This document shows, in pieces, positions 1 through 12,534 of a stretch of DNA of 64,000 nt. A program made the translations under genes and the position numbers. Under the pieces are notes generated by a model. It had not been told where the DNA came from. It ran no database searches and saw only the letters and a list, made by a program, of their open reading frames with translations. Each line of letters opens with the position of its first letter. The first letter of the stretch is position 1. Origin of the DNA: Eledone cirrhosa (taxonomy: Eukaryota); NCBI GenBank assembly GCA_964016885.1, contig OZ024763.1, positions 20,832,001-20,896,000 on the forward strand, written 5' to 3'.

Positions 1-648
1 ATATTGGAAATATGTAATTTAATCATATTTATTGTAATTTAAAATATTCTAGCAATTATTTCTAGCATTTTACAAGATGTCAGGGATCAGGATTTGAGGG
101 AGATTTCACTATTATTTTTACCTTTAATAAAAACATACAGGGACACATATATGTGCAAATGTGTATCGTCTGCCTTTAATCAAATTAATTAACGAGCGAG
201 ATAATCACCGGTGTGTAAACATACACATTTATAAATACGTGTGTTTACATTATTGTGTGTATATGTAATGTTCGTTTGAAAATAAAACGAAAATACGTGT
301 GTTTTATTATCAATAAAAGTATTCAAAAGAGATTTTGGCTGATATTTCTAGCATGTTACAAGATGTCAGGGTGTAAACAACTGTATAATACACACATAAT
401 GATAAATGCACACACATCTGTACAAATATATATACATACACAGATGTATATATGGGAGCTTCTCTGTCTCAAATTATCGTCTGTTTTCAGTGAATTTAAT
501 TAATACTTAAATAAACAGAGACACGAAAGGAATATATGTGTGTGTATGTGTATGTACTGTTATATATGTAAGTGTGTGTATGTTCTATTATATATGTAAG
601 TGTGTGCATGTGTGTATTACATATGTACGTGTGTGCGTCTGTGTCTAC

Positions 649-1461
649 GCTAAAGGGTTCTCCCTAAAAATGAAAGGCAGGCTGTATGATGCCTGCATAC
701 GAACAGCAATGTTGCATGGCAGTGAGACCTGGGCATTGTGTGCAGACGATATACGTAGACTAGAGAGGAACGAAGCTTGCATGCTCCGCTGGATGTGTAA
801 TAGTAATATACGCGAACGGCAAAGCATAAACGAACTAAGGGAAAAATTAGAAATAAGAGGGATCAGATGTTGTTTACTCGAGAGAAGGCTACGTTGGTAT
901 GGTCACGTGATGCGCATGAAAGACGACAGCTGTATAAAAAAGTGCAGGGCAATAAAGATAGACGGTAGCCACGGAGTAGGCAGACCCAGAAAAACCTGGG
1001 ACGACCTGATAAACTCCGACCTCACACACTTACACCTCTCCAAGACAATGTCACTGGACCGAGATCTTTGGCGGTACTCAGTAATAGAGAAGACCCGCCT
1101 TACCTAAATACAAAGTAAAACCTACTAGTCAGTAGGCATCTCTAACAAAATACACCCCACCCCTTTCAATGTAAAGTTATGTTGGTGCCACAACATCCAG
1201 GCCGAAACAAATGAGATCGTGTAGGTGTCACGACAAAAAAACACACAGTCCACGCTGTAATGTGGCCGTGTAGGCAACATGGTAAAAACCTCCCAGTCCC
1301 ACACTGTAAATGTGGTTGGTGTTAGGAAGGGCATCCAGCTGTAGAAAACCCGCCAGACAGTCCTATGTGAGCAAGACAACCACTCTTGCCTCAAGTGGGA
1401 AAACTCCCGTCCAAACCCATGCAAGCGTGGAACATGGACGTTAAACGATGATGATGATGAT
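649..1461 (+). mobile_element. 5'-truncated RTE-clade LINE (RT C-terminus plus 3' UTR, (GAT)n tail)
   Basis: Encodes AKGFSLKMKGRLYDACIRTAMLHGSETW...ERRLRWYGHVMR...GRPRKTW. Nearly identical to 47415-48255 and ends in gatgatgatg. Confidence 0.92.
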
Positions 1462-2304
1462 GTATGGAAAATAGACGTTAAACTGTGATAATCTGTCTGG
1501 AATTTCTTCTACTGTTTCTGATATATGGACAAGAATATCAGCATACAGGAGTTTCCATGAGGAACTAGGTATGTCTTAGAGGAGTATAATAACCATGAGG
1601 GGATGAAGAGTTAGACGACAGGTTGTTGCAGTTTTCGTCTAGCAAGTTCCATTCACAATGTATTAATCAACAGGAGTCTCTAGCAGAAGATACTTGTCAA
1701 AGGTCCCACAGTCATCTGGTTGCCATGTAAACTCCTTATCTCGACAGCAATGTCTGTGTCGACATACACACAAATATATATGTAAAGGATTCACTAAACA
1801 CCCGTTTTGTAATGGACTTGGTTGTATGTTGTGTTGTGTTCTTGAGCAAAACAATACATTTCACGTTGCTCCAGTATATTCAGCTGAAAATGAGTACTAG
1901 TAATAGCTGGGGATTTAATCCTGCAATGGACTGGTGTCCTGTCCAAGGAGGAGTTTCTGTACTCTCAGTCACTTAACACCTCGAAAACCTGGATAAACAC
2001 CAGGCTGATAAGCCTCCAAGCTCAACACAGACTTTAGACTTAGTTGGCTGATACAATAAAAAGCACCCAGTCCATTGTATGTATGGTGGTAGTGCCAGAG
2101 TAACAATAAATTGCTCCCAGTACACACTGTAAAATGCTTGGCAAAAAGGAAAGCCATCCAGCCATCAAAAAACCAAGCCCAAATCGAAGTGTATGAGAAA
2201 ATCATAACCACCTGCCATGTCTAGCCTCAGTACGCGACAGACCATCTAACCCATACAAGGAAGAAAATATACAAAACTGAAACAATTAAAAACAACAAAG
2301 ACAT

Positions 2305-2765
2305 CTTCTTTGCCCACTTATTCCTGAGAGCGTCGTGGGGGCAGTCCTCAAACATTCCTTCCAGCGGGTCCTGTCAGAAGCAACCGTCTCCAACTGATCA
2401 GGCTGAATTCCCGAATATGACCAGCCAAGCTCATGGATATTATCCGACCATCTTGCTTAGAGTCTACCCCTGGGTCTCTTGCCTGTTGGTTTTGCCTGTA
2501 AAATATGTCCAGTGATTCTTTCCTGAGACATTCTAACCACATTCCCATAGTATCGGAGCTGTGATCTCTGAATTTGGAGAAGTAGTGGCTCTACCTGGAG
2601 CAACTCTGATCTCCGAGCTACACACTTTATCGAGTAACGTTACTCCAAAGACCTTTCGGAGGAATCCCATTTTCGGCCACTTTTATTCGCAATCGTATCC
2701 TTTCGGTCATTACCCAAGATTCATGACCATAGGTCAGGGTTGGTACAAATACCAAATTGTTAAAC
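2305..2765 (-). mobile_element. 3' fragment of a second RTE (Expander-like) LINE family
   Basis: Degenerate PTLTYGHESWVM...AEMGFL...QLRYYG coding remnants; same family as 4990-5520, 7670-8000, 37070-38020 and 51002-51395. Confidence 0.75.
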
Positions 2766-3070
2766 AAAGACATCGTCAGTCGATCGACTTACATCAAATT
2801 TTGTGAAGGCGTGTGGCTAAGTGGTGAGAGAATTGAATTCACAATCGTGAGGTTGCGAGTTTGATTCCCAGACGGGACAATGCGTTATATCCCTGGGCAA
2901 GACAATTTATTTCACGTTGCTCCTTCTACCAATTGGAAAGACCAATGGAAACATTGTTTCCTCGGCCCAATTTGACAAAACAAAGACATACGAGATAAAA
3001 AAAAAATATAAAAGCAATTTGAAAATCTAAATTTAACTTTATAAATATGTTTATCTCTCCTCCCAAAAAC

Positions 3071-4364
3071 TCATCTATATTTTCCAAACCACATCATGTC
3101 ATATTTAGATAAGTTCGCTCTACACCCATAAATGTTATTTGTCACACAGTATTTAAAACTGAAAGGGTTCACATTCTTCTCTTCTTTCTCAGTTTCTTGT
3201 TTTCTTTCTTCTTCGAGCATTTCTCTGGAAACTGCCCTGGCCGGAAATGGCATCAAGTGAGCCAGGTTGGAGAGAAAGCCTTTTACCTCGGAAAATTCAC
3301 ACTTCCCACCAACTTCGAGAACGATACGACCTGCACGCAGCGGGCAAACATAATGTGATATCGACCCCTTTCCGCCTCCCATACGGTGGCCCTGTCCCTT
3401 TTTAGTCATTGGTTTCCAAGGAGGGTCAATCCTCCAGACAGCAAACATTCGACTCTCGTCAAATTTTCGGATAATGCCCAACCGCAACACTTCATAATGC
3501 CCCCATTTCATTCGACCACCTGTCAATGCCTGGAAAAAAAAAAAAAAAAACTGAAAAGATTACATTTAAAAAAAAACCAGAAAGCAATATATTCTAGTAC
3601 ATTCTAAATATAACACAATCTATGTGAGTAATGTTTTTATTTAACACCTAATTTGTAGTTAACCCTTTAGTGTTTGTGATAGAAAGGGCCTGCAGTTGTA
3701 GAAAGCTTGCGAAACAGAGTAGGAAGGGGTTTTCAATTGTGACAAAGATGGGACAATATCCCTAGAATTCTGGCCGGATACAGCCGGTTTAAATGCTAAA
3801 GGGTTAAACAATGATGATGAAATAAATAAATAAATAAAAGAAATTTGAAATAACAACCCACTTGAATACCAAAGTCACAGTACTGAAGCTTATTGTGAAC
3901 TAGTTCTGGTCCCCTCATTTCAAAGGCGCGCCTCTGCATCTTAGGTGGGCGTTGGTTAGATGGGATCGTGGGCACTCTCTCGATTGTCTTTAATCTTCTT
4001 CTCTCAGGTAACACAATATCTAAAATGAAGAATAAGACAAACTTGTAGTCGGATGTGTAAAGTCCAAGGATTAACTATGAAGCAGTTATTAATAACTGCA
4101 TTGTTTCTTAGTAGCTTGTTTTGGTGCCATGACAAAAAGCACCCAGTCCTCAATGTGACTGGCAATAGAAAGGGCATCCAGCTATTGAAACTAAGCCAGA
4201 AATAGTTCTGTATGAGGAAGACTTGGGGCAACTTGTCTAACCCATTCTAGCATGGGAAATGGAAATTAAATGGTGATGATATATACACACATGCACATAC
4301 AGATATATATATATATATACATACATGCACACACACATATTCGCACATATACATACACATGCAC

Positions 4365-4395
<31 letters not shown>

Positions 4396-5673
4396 CACAG
4401 ACGAACACACAGAGACAGCAAGGCCAGAGTCCAGTAATAGAAAGCAGTAGTGGAGTAAAAGAGTTTAAAAAATGACTTACTGCTATAATCAGGAGGATGA
4501 GGGAAGTCTTTGAGACTGGCTGCAGGTATAAACATCACCCCTGGAAAAGAAACGAGAGAAACTGGTTCATATATAAATATGTGTATGTATATATACATAC
4601 ATACACATATACATGGAGTTTAGTGAGGAATTCCAGATACAGGTTACATCAGGGTTCGGTCCTCAGCCTGCTCTTGTTCATTATAGTCCTCCAAGCCATA
4701 ACAGAGGAGTTTAAGACTTGCTGTCCATGGGAACTTCTCTATGCTGATGATCTGGTTCTTATAGCAGAATCAGAAGAGGAGCATTCTGGCTATGGAAACA
4801 GCAGTTGGAATCTAGAGACATAGCTAAAACAAGTGTTGATAAGTAGAAGAGAGGACAAAACTCGGATTCCATCGGGGAAATGGCCATGTTCGATATGTAG
4901 GAAAGGAACTGGCATAAATTCCATAAAATGTACGCAATGCAGATCTTGGGTACACAAGAGATGTAGTGGGATAGCAGGCAAACTAACAGGTTTTTACCCG
5001 TAAAATATGTCCAGTGATTCTTTCCCGAGACATTCTAACAACATGTCCATAGTATCAGAGCTGTGATCTTTCAATTCAGAGAAGTAGCAGCTCTACCTGG
5101 AGTGAATCTCTGATCTCCGAGCTACAAATCTGTCCAGTGATTCTTTCCCGAGACATTCTAACCACATGTCCATAGTATCGGGGCCGTGATCTCTCAATAT
5201 TCGAGAAGTAGTGGCTTTACCTGGATTGACTCTCTGATCTCCGAGATAAATACTCTATCGAGTAACGTTACACCAAAGACCTTCCCGAGGAACCCCATTT
5301 CAGCCGCTTTTATTCGCAATCGTATTCTTTCGGTTATTACCCAAGATTCATGACCATAGGTAAGGTTTGGCACGAAAACCGAATTGAAGACAGCGAGTTT
5401 GGCGTTTACGCCTAGCTTCTTTCTTCGGATGACTGAATGCTGAAGTAGATACATTACTGTACCAACTCCAGCAATTCTTGCACTTAATTCAGCCTCCTGC
5501 CTTCCATCACTCGTGAGATGAAATGACCTTCAAATTACATTAAAATATCATACACAATATAAAAAACAAACTATAATTAAAATTTAACGGAACTCACCAT
5601 CCTTTATAGACGGCATCTGATGCCATCTTAACGATCCTCTCTGGAATAAAACAGAAAGACAACAACGAGACAT
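3071..5673 (-). CDS. MRPL16: Mitochondrial ribosomal protein L16 (uL16m), 4 coding exons: 5673-5598, 4540-4481, 4019-3862, 3529-3071; 753 nt, 250 aa
   Basis: All introns are GT-AG and exon phases join without stops: MSRCCLSVLFQRGSLRW...|GVMFIPAASLKDFPHPPDYS|..VLPERRRLKTIERVP...CDFGIQ|ALTGGRMKWGHYE...WRIDPPWKPMTKKGQGHRMGGGKGSISHYV. RMGGGKG is the uL16 signature; the Arg/Ser/Leu-rich N-terminus fits a mitochondrial transit peptide. Confidence 0.95.
4614..4990 (+). mobile_element. Internal RTE RT fragment in MRPL16 intron 1
   Basis: HQGSVLSLLLFIIVLQAITEEFKTCCPWELLYADDL motif; closest to the 54108-56670 subfamily. Confidence 0.85.
4990..5520 (-). mobile_element. Expander-like RTE fragment with an internal tandem duplication
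   Basis: ORF 5194-5454 reads AKLAVFNSVFVPNLTYGHESWVITERIRLRIKAAEMGFL; a block near 5010 is repeated near 5130. Confidence 0.8.
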
Positions 5674-6346
5674 TACAGAGATTTCAGTGGGAAAAACAAA
5701 AATTCTCCATTTATTCCGGGAACAACAGATATCGTCCTGGCGGTCAAAAGAAAAACTAAGTGTAGATAACTCTGTCAAACTAATAGTTGTCTTCCTTAAA
5801 GTTTATTTATTTATTTATTTTTCAAATAAACAAATAAATATATATCTTTAATCACTTCTACTTGTCAGTAATCAACATAAACTAAAAGGTTTCTCTTATG
5901 CAAACCCTTAATTAATGAAAACACAAATTTCCAGGTTTTATGTTTGTTCATATATCCAGTAATCCTGGTATATATGGCATACAAATCATGAAACCCTTAA
6001 AAATTAAATACGTTCAAGGTTATTGTCCCCATCGTTGATAGTACAGACACCCCCAATCACCCTGGGCACAAAGAGTTAAACTGACATAAAACGGGTATTT
6101 ATAAAACTAATTATTACCCGCGGCTATGCTATCTGTGTACTGACTTGGATAAAAGATTATTAGGGAAGGAAACTACAGTGTAACTTGGTGTGAGGTCAGA
6201 TTGAGTGTACAGGGCTTGTTTGCACCTTTCTTTCATTTATTTCGGTCCCTAGTATTCTTTTTAAAATTAAACATATATTTAAATATTTGTAGTATTTATG
6301 ACTTAATATATATATATAAAAAAGCTTTAAAGGGCAGATAACTGTG

Positions 6347-6396
6347 ATTGTTCTAACAACCGGTGTCTTAGTTACCGTGATGCCACTGAAGTAAGT
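6347..6396 (+). promoter_or_regulatory. Candidate RFX X-box-like motifs and 5'-UTR donor site for CPLANE2 in the MRPL16/CPLANE2 divergent region
   Basis: ATTGTT-CT-AACAAC (6347-6360) is a near-palindromic 14-bp X-box-like site, GTTACCGTGATGCC (6371-6384) is a half-site, and a GTAAGT donor follows at 6391. The first coding exon has an acceptor (tttcag, 8161-8166), which implies an upstream UTR exon. Confidence 0.35.
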
Positions 6397-6829
6397 ATTT
6401 ATATAATTTTTAATTTAAAATATTGAACGGATGATTAAAAATGTAATAGTATAATTTAAGAAAAGAAAAGAAAATCTTTAGTAAAATTGTATTATTACAC
6501 CCGTCTTGGAGACGGATGTAATGGGCTCTCGGGTGGGGGAGCCAACGAAAACGATTAATTTACGACGGTTTTCAAGATCATTTTCATTCAAAACACATTA
6601 AAAATATCACAGGAAAAACAAATTTTACCTTCAAAATCCCAACCAAACATATCAACGAACTACCCGTATCTACACCCGTATTGGAGAATGGTGTAATAAT
6701 ACAAATTTGCCTGATATTCCGATGACCCCTGGAAGTGTGTGACCGATTGACTCACTTAGTGTTGAATTGATTTTTTTTTTTCGCTTTGATATTTTGTGTT
6801 TTATATTTATAAGGTTTATGGCAATAATT

Positions 6830-7436
6830 GGCATACGTCAAGACGGGCGGTCTCAAAAGTGAAAGTAAATTTATTTTCATTTTCGAACGTCGTGTTTACA
6901 TTTTGTGTGTGTGTTCAAACGAAACATGCTGGCGACGAAGCTTCTTCTTTGCACGGCTCCATGTGTTCTTTATGAGCTGTGTGTGCACATCAAGGTCCGC
7001 AGGATCTACAAAGTTCCGTTCGTGCACCACAACATCATGAACGTAAATCCCACCTTCAATTTCCGAATAGGAAGCCCAACCATCGGAGATGATGCCGCTG
7101 CCTGGCAAAATCCCTGCTGAATGATGGGGACGAGAGTGTCAGAGCTTCGATTTGGGACTTCTACAAGGCAGCAGCGTCTAGAATGGCGGACTCACCATTC
7201 TGCAAGCCTCATTACAAGATTACTTCGGTATTGAGTACTCTTCTCTCAACCGTCAACTACACACACACACACATATACACATATATATAATCAGTTAAAA
7301 CGACAGAGGCTCTGATTCTGTCTTTAATCTCAGTAACTAATTTAGATCTAAACACACACACAAAATGTAAACACGACGTTCGAAAATGAAAATAAATTTA
7401 CTTTCACTTTTGAGACCGCCCGTCTTGACGTATGCC
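6830..7436 (-). mobile_element. Merlin (IS1595/ISXO2-like) DNA transposon, internally deleted
   Basis: ~86-bp TIRs (6830-6915 and 7351-7436, starting GGCATACGTC) and a 9-bp TSD GCAATAATT (6821-6829, 7437-7445). The internal remnant LVEVPNRSSDTL..PGSGIISDGWASY..HDVVVHERNFVDP..VHTQLIKNTW is typical of IS1595-family transposases. Confidence 0.9.
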
Positions 7437-7446
7437 GCAATAATTA

Positions 7447-7587
7447 CCGTATTTCTCGGCACCGAAGACGCTTCGTCCTCGAGGACGGACCCTAATTTTG
7501 ACAACCAAAAATTCGAAAATAAATAATAAACAATCTTCGACCTCCAGGACGCATGGCAGATTTTGAGACTTACGCCGGGAAATACGG
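7447..7587. mobile_element. Tc1/mariner-type MITE
   Basis: TIR CCGTATTTCTCGGC ... GCCGGGAAATACGG with TA on both sides. Confidence 0.7.
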
Positions 7588-7669
7588 TAATTAATTATAT
7601 CTACCTAATCTTTTGCCACATATACTGTCTAGTTATTCAATCATTGTTCTGATTTTTAAAACAAAGGGT

Positions 7670-8000
7670 TTTGTAATAACGTTACTCGATAGAGAGTGTA
7701 GGTCGGAGATCAGAGAGTCACTATTTCTCTGGACTGAGAGATCACAGCTCCGGTACTATGGCCATGTGGTTAGAATGTCCCAGGAAAGAATCGCTGGACA
7801 GATTTTACGGGCCAAACTAACCGACAGGAAACCCAGGGATAGACCCTGAACAAAATGGTTGGATAACATCCATGAGCTCTGCTGGTCTCACTTGGGGATT
7901 CAGTCGGATCATTTAGAAGCCGTTGCTTCTGACAGGACCTGTTGGAGGGTGTGTTTGAGGACTCTGCCCCAACGATCGTCTCAGGAATAAGTGGGCGAAG
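7670..8000 (+). mobile_element. Expander-like RTE 3' fragment
   Basis: TLLDRECRSEIRE..RSQLRYYGHVVRM..RKPRDRP remnant. Confidence 0.75.
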
Positions 8001-8178
8001 AAAAAGAAGGATATTTACATTCTCATTAATGTTTATATTATATATAAAAAACAAATAACAGTTATATATTTGCAGTTAAATACATATTTTTCGCTTTGTT
8101 TTTTTTTCATTAATTTAAAAAATTCGAATCGTTTAATCCCCCCAAAAGAAAATCGGAATATTTCAGCTCTCTACATTA

Positions 8179-10820
8179 ATGAATAAAAACATGTTGAAGT
8201 CTAGATCTTTGCTTGATTTCAAATGGTACCAATCAAAAATAGGCCTGGAAATCCTGTTCTCTCTCCAGCATTCTGATGGATCACGGAAAGTATTTGGTAC
8301 GTATTCTTTTAGTAGTTTGAAAACATCAACATGAAAGCTGCCATTGTAAACTCTTAATGCTGCTTCACATTCATCACCCATTGTCTTGCTCTCATTGCAG
8401 TTCTCACACATGTAGCATACACCTTTCTCTTCCATTCTTTTGACCTTCTCTGTTTCTCCATGTTCATCACCCAGTGTCTCCCTCCCATAAATCATATTTC
8501 TCACAAATGCAACATACACACCTTTTCCTTCTTTTCTTTCCAGCCTCCTGCATCACATTCATCACCCATAACTCCCTCCCATACATCATAACATTTCTCA
8601 CACATTCTCTGTGCTGTTGTTTTCTCACAAATGCAACATACACACCTTTTCCTTCTGTTCTTTCCAGCCTCCTGCATCACATTCACCACCCATAACTCCC
8701 TCCCATACATCATAACATTTCTCACACTTTCTCTGTGCTGTTGTTTTACTTTTGGAATATATGTTTTACCGTCTGTCTTTGCTAAAGGTTTACTGGAGCA
8801 GCCAAGTCTACCACAGACAGTTTCTGTAGAGGAAGTTCAGTACAAGATATTGTTGGTTGGTAAAACTGGAGTTGGAAAGACAGCTACAGCAGCCAATCTC
8901 ACTGGTCACCCTATTCCAGAGAACCATTATGAAACAACAGGTAAAATACATTATACATGCACTAATGGCATCAGTCATCATTTATGATTTACCTTTTTTC
9001 CTCAGTGGAGGTGCATGGCTTAGTTGTATGTTGAACTTACGATCATAATGTTGTTGGTTTGATTCCTGGACTGGGTTGTGTTCTTAAACAAAACATTTTA
9101 TTTCATGTTGCTCAAGTATACTCAGCTGAAAATGAGAACCAGCAATAGCTGGGTTGTCTAACGCTGTGATGGGCTGGTGTCCTGTCCAGCAGGGAGTCTT
9201 GTACTCGCTTCATGCCATGGAACTGGGATAATGAGCCTTCTAGCTTAAGACAGACTTTAGACCTAGACCTTTCTCTCTCCCTCTCTGAGGTGAAGAAAAG
9301 TCTAAGTATCTCAACTCTTTCTTTGTTAAACTGTTGGAATTCCTATGTTTCTTTTAATCATTATCCACCTGATTGTTTCCACATTGGTATTGCAGTCCTA
9401 TGAATGAATCAATATATGCTCCAAGGTTAATTTCCATTCTTCATCTTAGCTGTTGGAGAGCAGTTTCATAGATAGCTAAATTGATAACTCATGTTGGCAT
9501 CCATGACAACAAATCAATTTAAATTCTCTACTATATATATAGACGCAGGGCATAATATATAGATGCAGCGGTGATGAGGGACAGAGACCGCTGGAGAAAA
9601 CTCGTCCAAGGATCTCGGGAGTTTTACCCGCCCTAGATATATATATATATAGACAGGGTGTCCCCAAAAATTGTATACATATTTCAACAGCAAAAGAAAT
9701 GCATTAAAATAAATTCTGTTTCCAATGCATTATTTGAATTATGTAAACATTTTTATACCTGTAGATCATTTTATTTTCGGGAAAGGCTGTGTATTCTAAT
9801 AAATATTACCTGTACAGGTAATCAAAGTGTGTATGCATTGCTTGGAGACACCCTGTATATATATATACTTAATGATGTAATTAGATCTTTTATTTTCGGC
9901 ATACATTTCACTGTATTTCAAGAGAACATTTTCACAAGTTACTACTACTCTTCAACAGGTATTGAAGTGTTCCATAACTACTGGCCAGCCCGTATACGCC
10001 AACTCAACAAAGTGGTTTTATTCAATCTAAACTTCTGGCAAAGTGGAGAAATGGTAGCAAAGAAATTTGATCACATTCTTCCGGTTTGTTCCATTTTTTT
10101 GGTATTCATCATCATTTAACATCCATTCTTCCATACCATCATCACTGTTTAACATCCATTCTTCCATACCATCATCACTGTTTAACATCCATTTTTCATG
10201 CTAGCATGGGTCAGACGAGTTGTCCTGACATTGTGAGACAAGTCAGATCAGGTGACTGTATCTTTCTCATACAGAACTGTTTCTAGTGTGTATATATCAT
10301 CATCATCATCATCATCACTGTTTAACATCCATTTTCCATGCTAGCATGGGTTAGATAGGTTGTCCTGATGTCAGACAAGTCAGATCTGATGACCATGTCT
10401 TGCTCATACAGAACTGTTTCTGTGGCAGGATGCCCTTGTTAACACCAACCACATATACAGTGTGTCATGGCACCAAAACAACAATAATAATAATTGTTTC
10501 TACTTTAGGCACAAGGCCAGCAATTTGAATGGAAGGGGAAAGTCAATTAAATCGACCCCAGTACATTACTGGTACTTTATTTTAATGATCTTGTAAGGAC
10601 GAAAGGCAAAGCTAACCTTGGCAGAATTTGAACTTAGAACATAAAGGGCTGTAACTATGCCGCAAAGCATGATGTCCGACGCTCGACTGATTCTGCCAGT
10701 CCAGCGCCCTGACAATAATGGTTTTTAATTTAGGCATACAATTTTGGAGAGAGGAAAGTCAATAAATCAACCCCATACAGATGAAGGGCAAAGCTAACCT
10801 TGGTGGAATTTGAACTCAGG

Positions 10821-10852
<32 letters not shown>

Positions 10853-11906
10853 TGTATTGATTCAACTTTTGTGTCTTTGTTACAGGCTTGTAAAGATGAC
10901 ATTGACTGTGTGATGTTCCTGTTCTCATTTGTTGACAAAAGCAGCTTTGATGAGCTACCACAGATGATCTGTCGATTAACTGAACCAGGTGATAACATCT
11001 GCCGAATTGCAGTTGGAACCAAATATCCTTTTTGTTTTTTACTGAATTATTGTTTCTGTATTTATCACTAGTGTGGCGAGGGAGTATTATAGGGAATCAG
11101 GGGTAAATTGCCTACAAAGATCCTAAACTGACAAATATACAGTTGTGAAGCAAATTGTCCCACAAAGTCACAACCCACAAATATTTAGTTGTGAGGCAGG
11201 TTGTCTCACAAGTAAAGACACTAAACTTGGGTATCTGCTACCGTAACCTCATGACATTTTGGGGACAAGTGTCTTCTACCAAAGGCTTGGATTAACCAAA
11301 AATCAATCAATGACCAAAGGGTTGACCAAAACTCTACTGCAGCCTGTCAGGTGGATTGCGCCTGTAATCCAAAGGTCAAACTGTCATATATTGTCTTGTT
11401 AACTTAACTCTTTAGCATTTAAACCGCCCATATCTGGCCAGAATTCTCTCACCTCTTTCTGTTCAAACCAGCCATGACTGGTCACTCATACTGATGTTAA
11501 GGTATTGTTCTCAAAATAAATAATATTAAAATGTCATAGATTTGATATTATGTGAGACAAAGCCTTTACCATGAAAATACAATAATATATACAAAATAAT
11601 GTAAATGCTAAAGGGTGAAATACATTTGACTTGTTTGTTTATTCTTTAACACTTTCCAGATTTGATAAATTTGACGAGAGTGAAATCACTCAGAAGGATA
11701 TAGAAAACTTTGAACATCATTGGGAAATACCTATACTAAAGATTCAGAACTTAAAAGACAAGAGTCAAGAGAGAGACAAAGTTCTCTCTACTGAGTTGTT
11801 ACTCACTACAATTTGTGAATACCTCTGGTTAAGAGACTTAAATTTAGTGGCCAAAGGCTCAACACCGAAAGTACAGATGGAATCTGCTCAGGAAATTGTT
11901 TTCTAA
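8179..11906 (+). CDS. CPLANE2: Ciliogenesis and planar polarity effector 2 (RSG1, atypical small GTPase); coding exons 8179(or 8191)-8296, 8788-8940, 9959-10083, 10886-11022, 11660-11906; 259 (or 255) aa
   Basis: Spliced product ...KWYQSKIG...RKVFG|LLEQPSLP...YKILLVGKTGVGKT (P-loop)...ETTG|IEVFHNYWPA...KKFDHILP|ACKDDIDCVMFLFSFVDKSSFDELP...VGTK|FDKFDE...EYLWLRD matches the RSG1/CPLANE2 layout as I recall it. Total 780 nt from 8179, divisible by 3. Confidence 0.92.
8480..8750. repeat. ~124-bp tandem duplication in CPLANE2 intron
   Basis: tcacaaatgcaacatacacaccttttcc occurs at 8501 and 8625. Confidence 0.8.
9653..9856. mobile_element. Tc1/mariner-type MITE (CAGGGTGTCC termini); related copy in reverse at ~19413-19588
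   Basis: CAGGGTGTCCCCAA ... TTGGAGACACCCTG ends within TA-rich sites; the internal sequence is shared in inverted form with 19413-19588. Confidence 0.7.
11023..11659 (+). other. U12-type (minor spliceosome) intron of CPLANE2 with AT-AG termini
   Basis: The 5' end ATATCCTTT (11023) matches the U12 donor consensus. A branch-site-like TTCTTTAAC lies at 11642-11650, ~10 nt before TTCCAG (AG at 11658-11659). The join AA|A restores the GTK-FD motif in frame. Confidence 0.85.
11405..11618. mobile_element. piggyBac-like MITE family with TTAA-CCCT...AGGG-TTAA ends (copies ~3659-3808, 28583-28775, 38685-38890, 57894-58122; a copy split by the RTE at 46478/48260-48408)
   Basis: Recurrent ~220-bp unit ttaaccctttagcatttaaa..ggccagaattctctcacctctttctgttcaaacc..gtaaatgctaaagggttaa. 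Confidence 0.65.
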
Positions 11907-12141
11907 TGAATCAACAGGGCTGTTTTTTTTAAAAGTAATATATCTATTATGAGAGGCCCTTCTTGACACCAACCCATTATTATACTTGTAAGAATGGCAT
12001 AGTCCATGGGACATAAACAAGAGTCACCACTTGCTTTAGACATGTAGTAAACTGCCACACACACATATATAGAAGTTTATCCCAGGTTCAATCGGGGGTA
12101 ACCACAGTAAGTAAGGTACTCAATACATAGCAGAGTATAAA

Positions 12142-12269
12142 TATTTAATATAGAAATGGCTTCTACAGGACTAGAACAGTTTCATTCGGGAGAAATCATC
12201 AGAGCTTCCTGATGATTTCTCCCGAATAAAACAGTTCTAGTCCTGTAGAAGCAATTTCTATATTAAATA
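12142..12269. repeat. Long palindrome made of two inverted hammerhead-like motifs (Penelope-like element terminus); degenerate relatives at ~34885-34925 and ~62490-62605
   Basis: Arms 12142-12202 and 12209-12269 are near-perfect reverse complements. The minus arm reads CTGATGA-tttctcccgaat-GAAAC-t-GTT. Confidence 0.6.
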
Positions 12270-12534
12270 AATATATATATATGTGTGTGTGTGTGATTCA
12301 GTATAAGAATATTAAGAAAGATGCTGTTTATATAAAACGTTTATTCATACATTTATTCAATGTTTTATGTAAAGACAACATCTTTCTTAATATCATTCTA
12401 ATACAGAATCTCCATCATAACTACAAACTATGAATGTAGAGAGCTTTCTCCTGCTTACTTCTGTTTTTACCAAAGTGGCATCCCAGCTCACATGGATAAA
12501 CAAATTTATTACTGGACACACACACACACATATA

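Noticed and set aside
2805-2875. tRNA gene (and similar A/B-box sequences elsewhere)
   Set aside because: No full cloverleaf; each is followed by a shared SINE body, so these are SINE heads.
6105-6320. Small minus-strand Helitron remnant
   Set aside because: The termini are only loosely similar (no intact CTAG or hairpin), so it cannot be supported.
6896-7108. Bacterial IS1595 contamination or horizontal transfer
   Set aside because: The element is embedded with a TSD in eukaryotic sequence and contains a (CA)n tract; the eukaryotic Merlin superfamily explains it.
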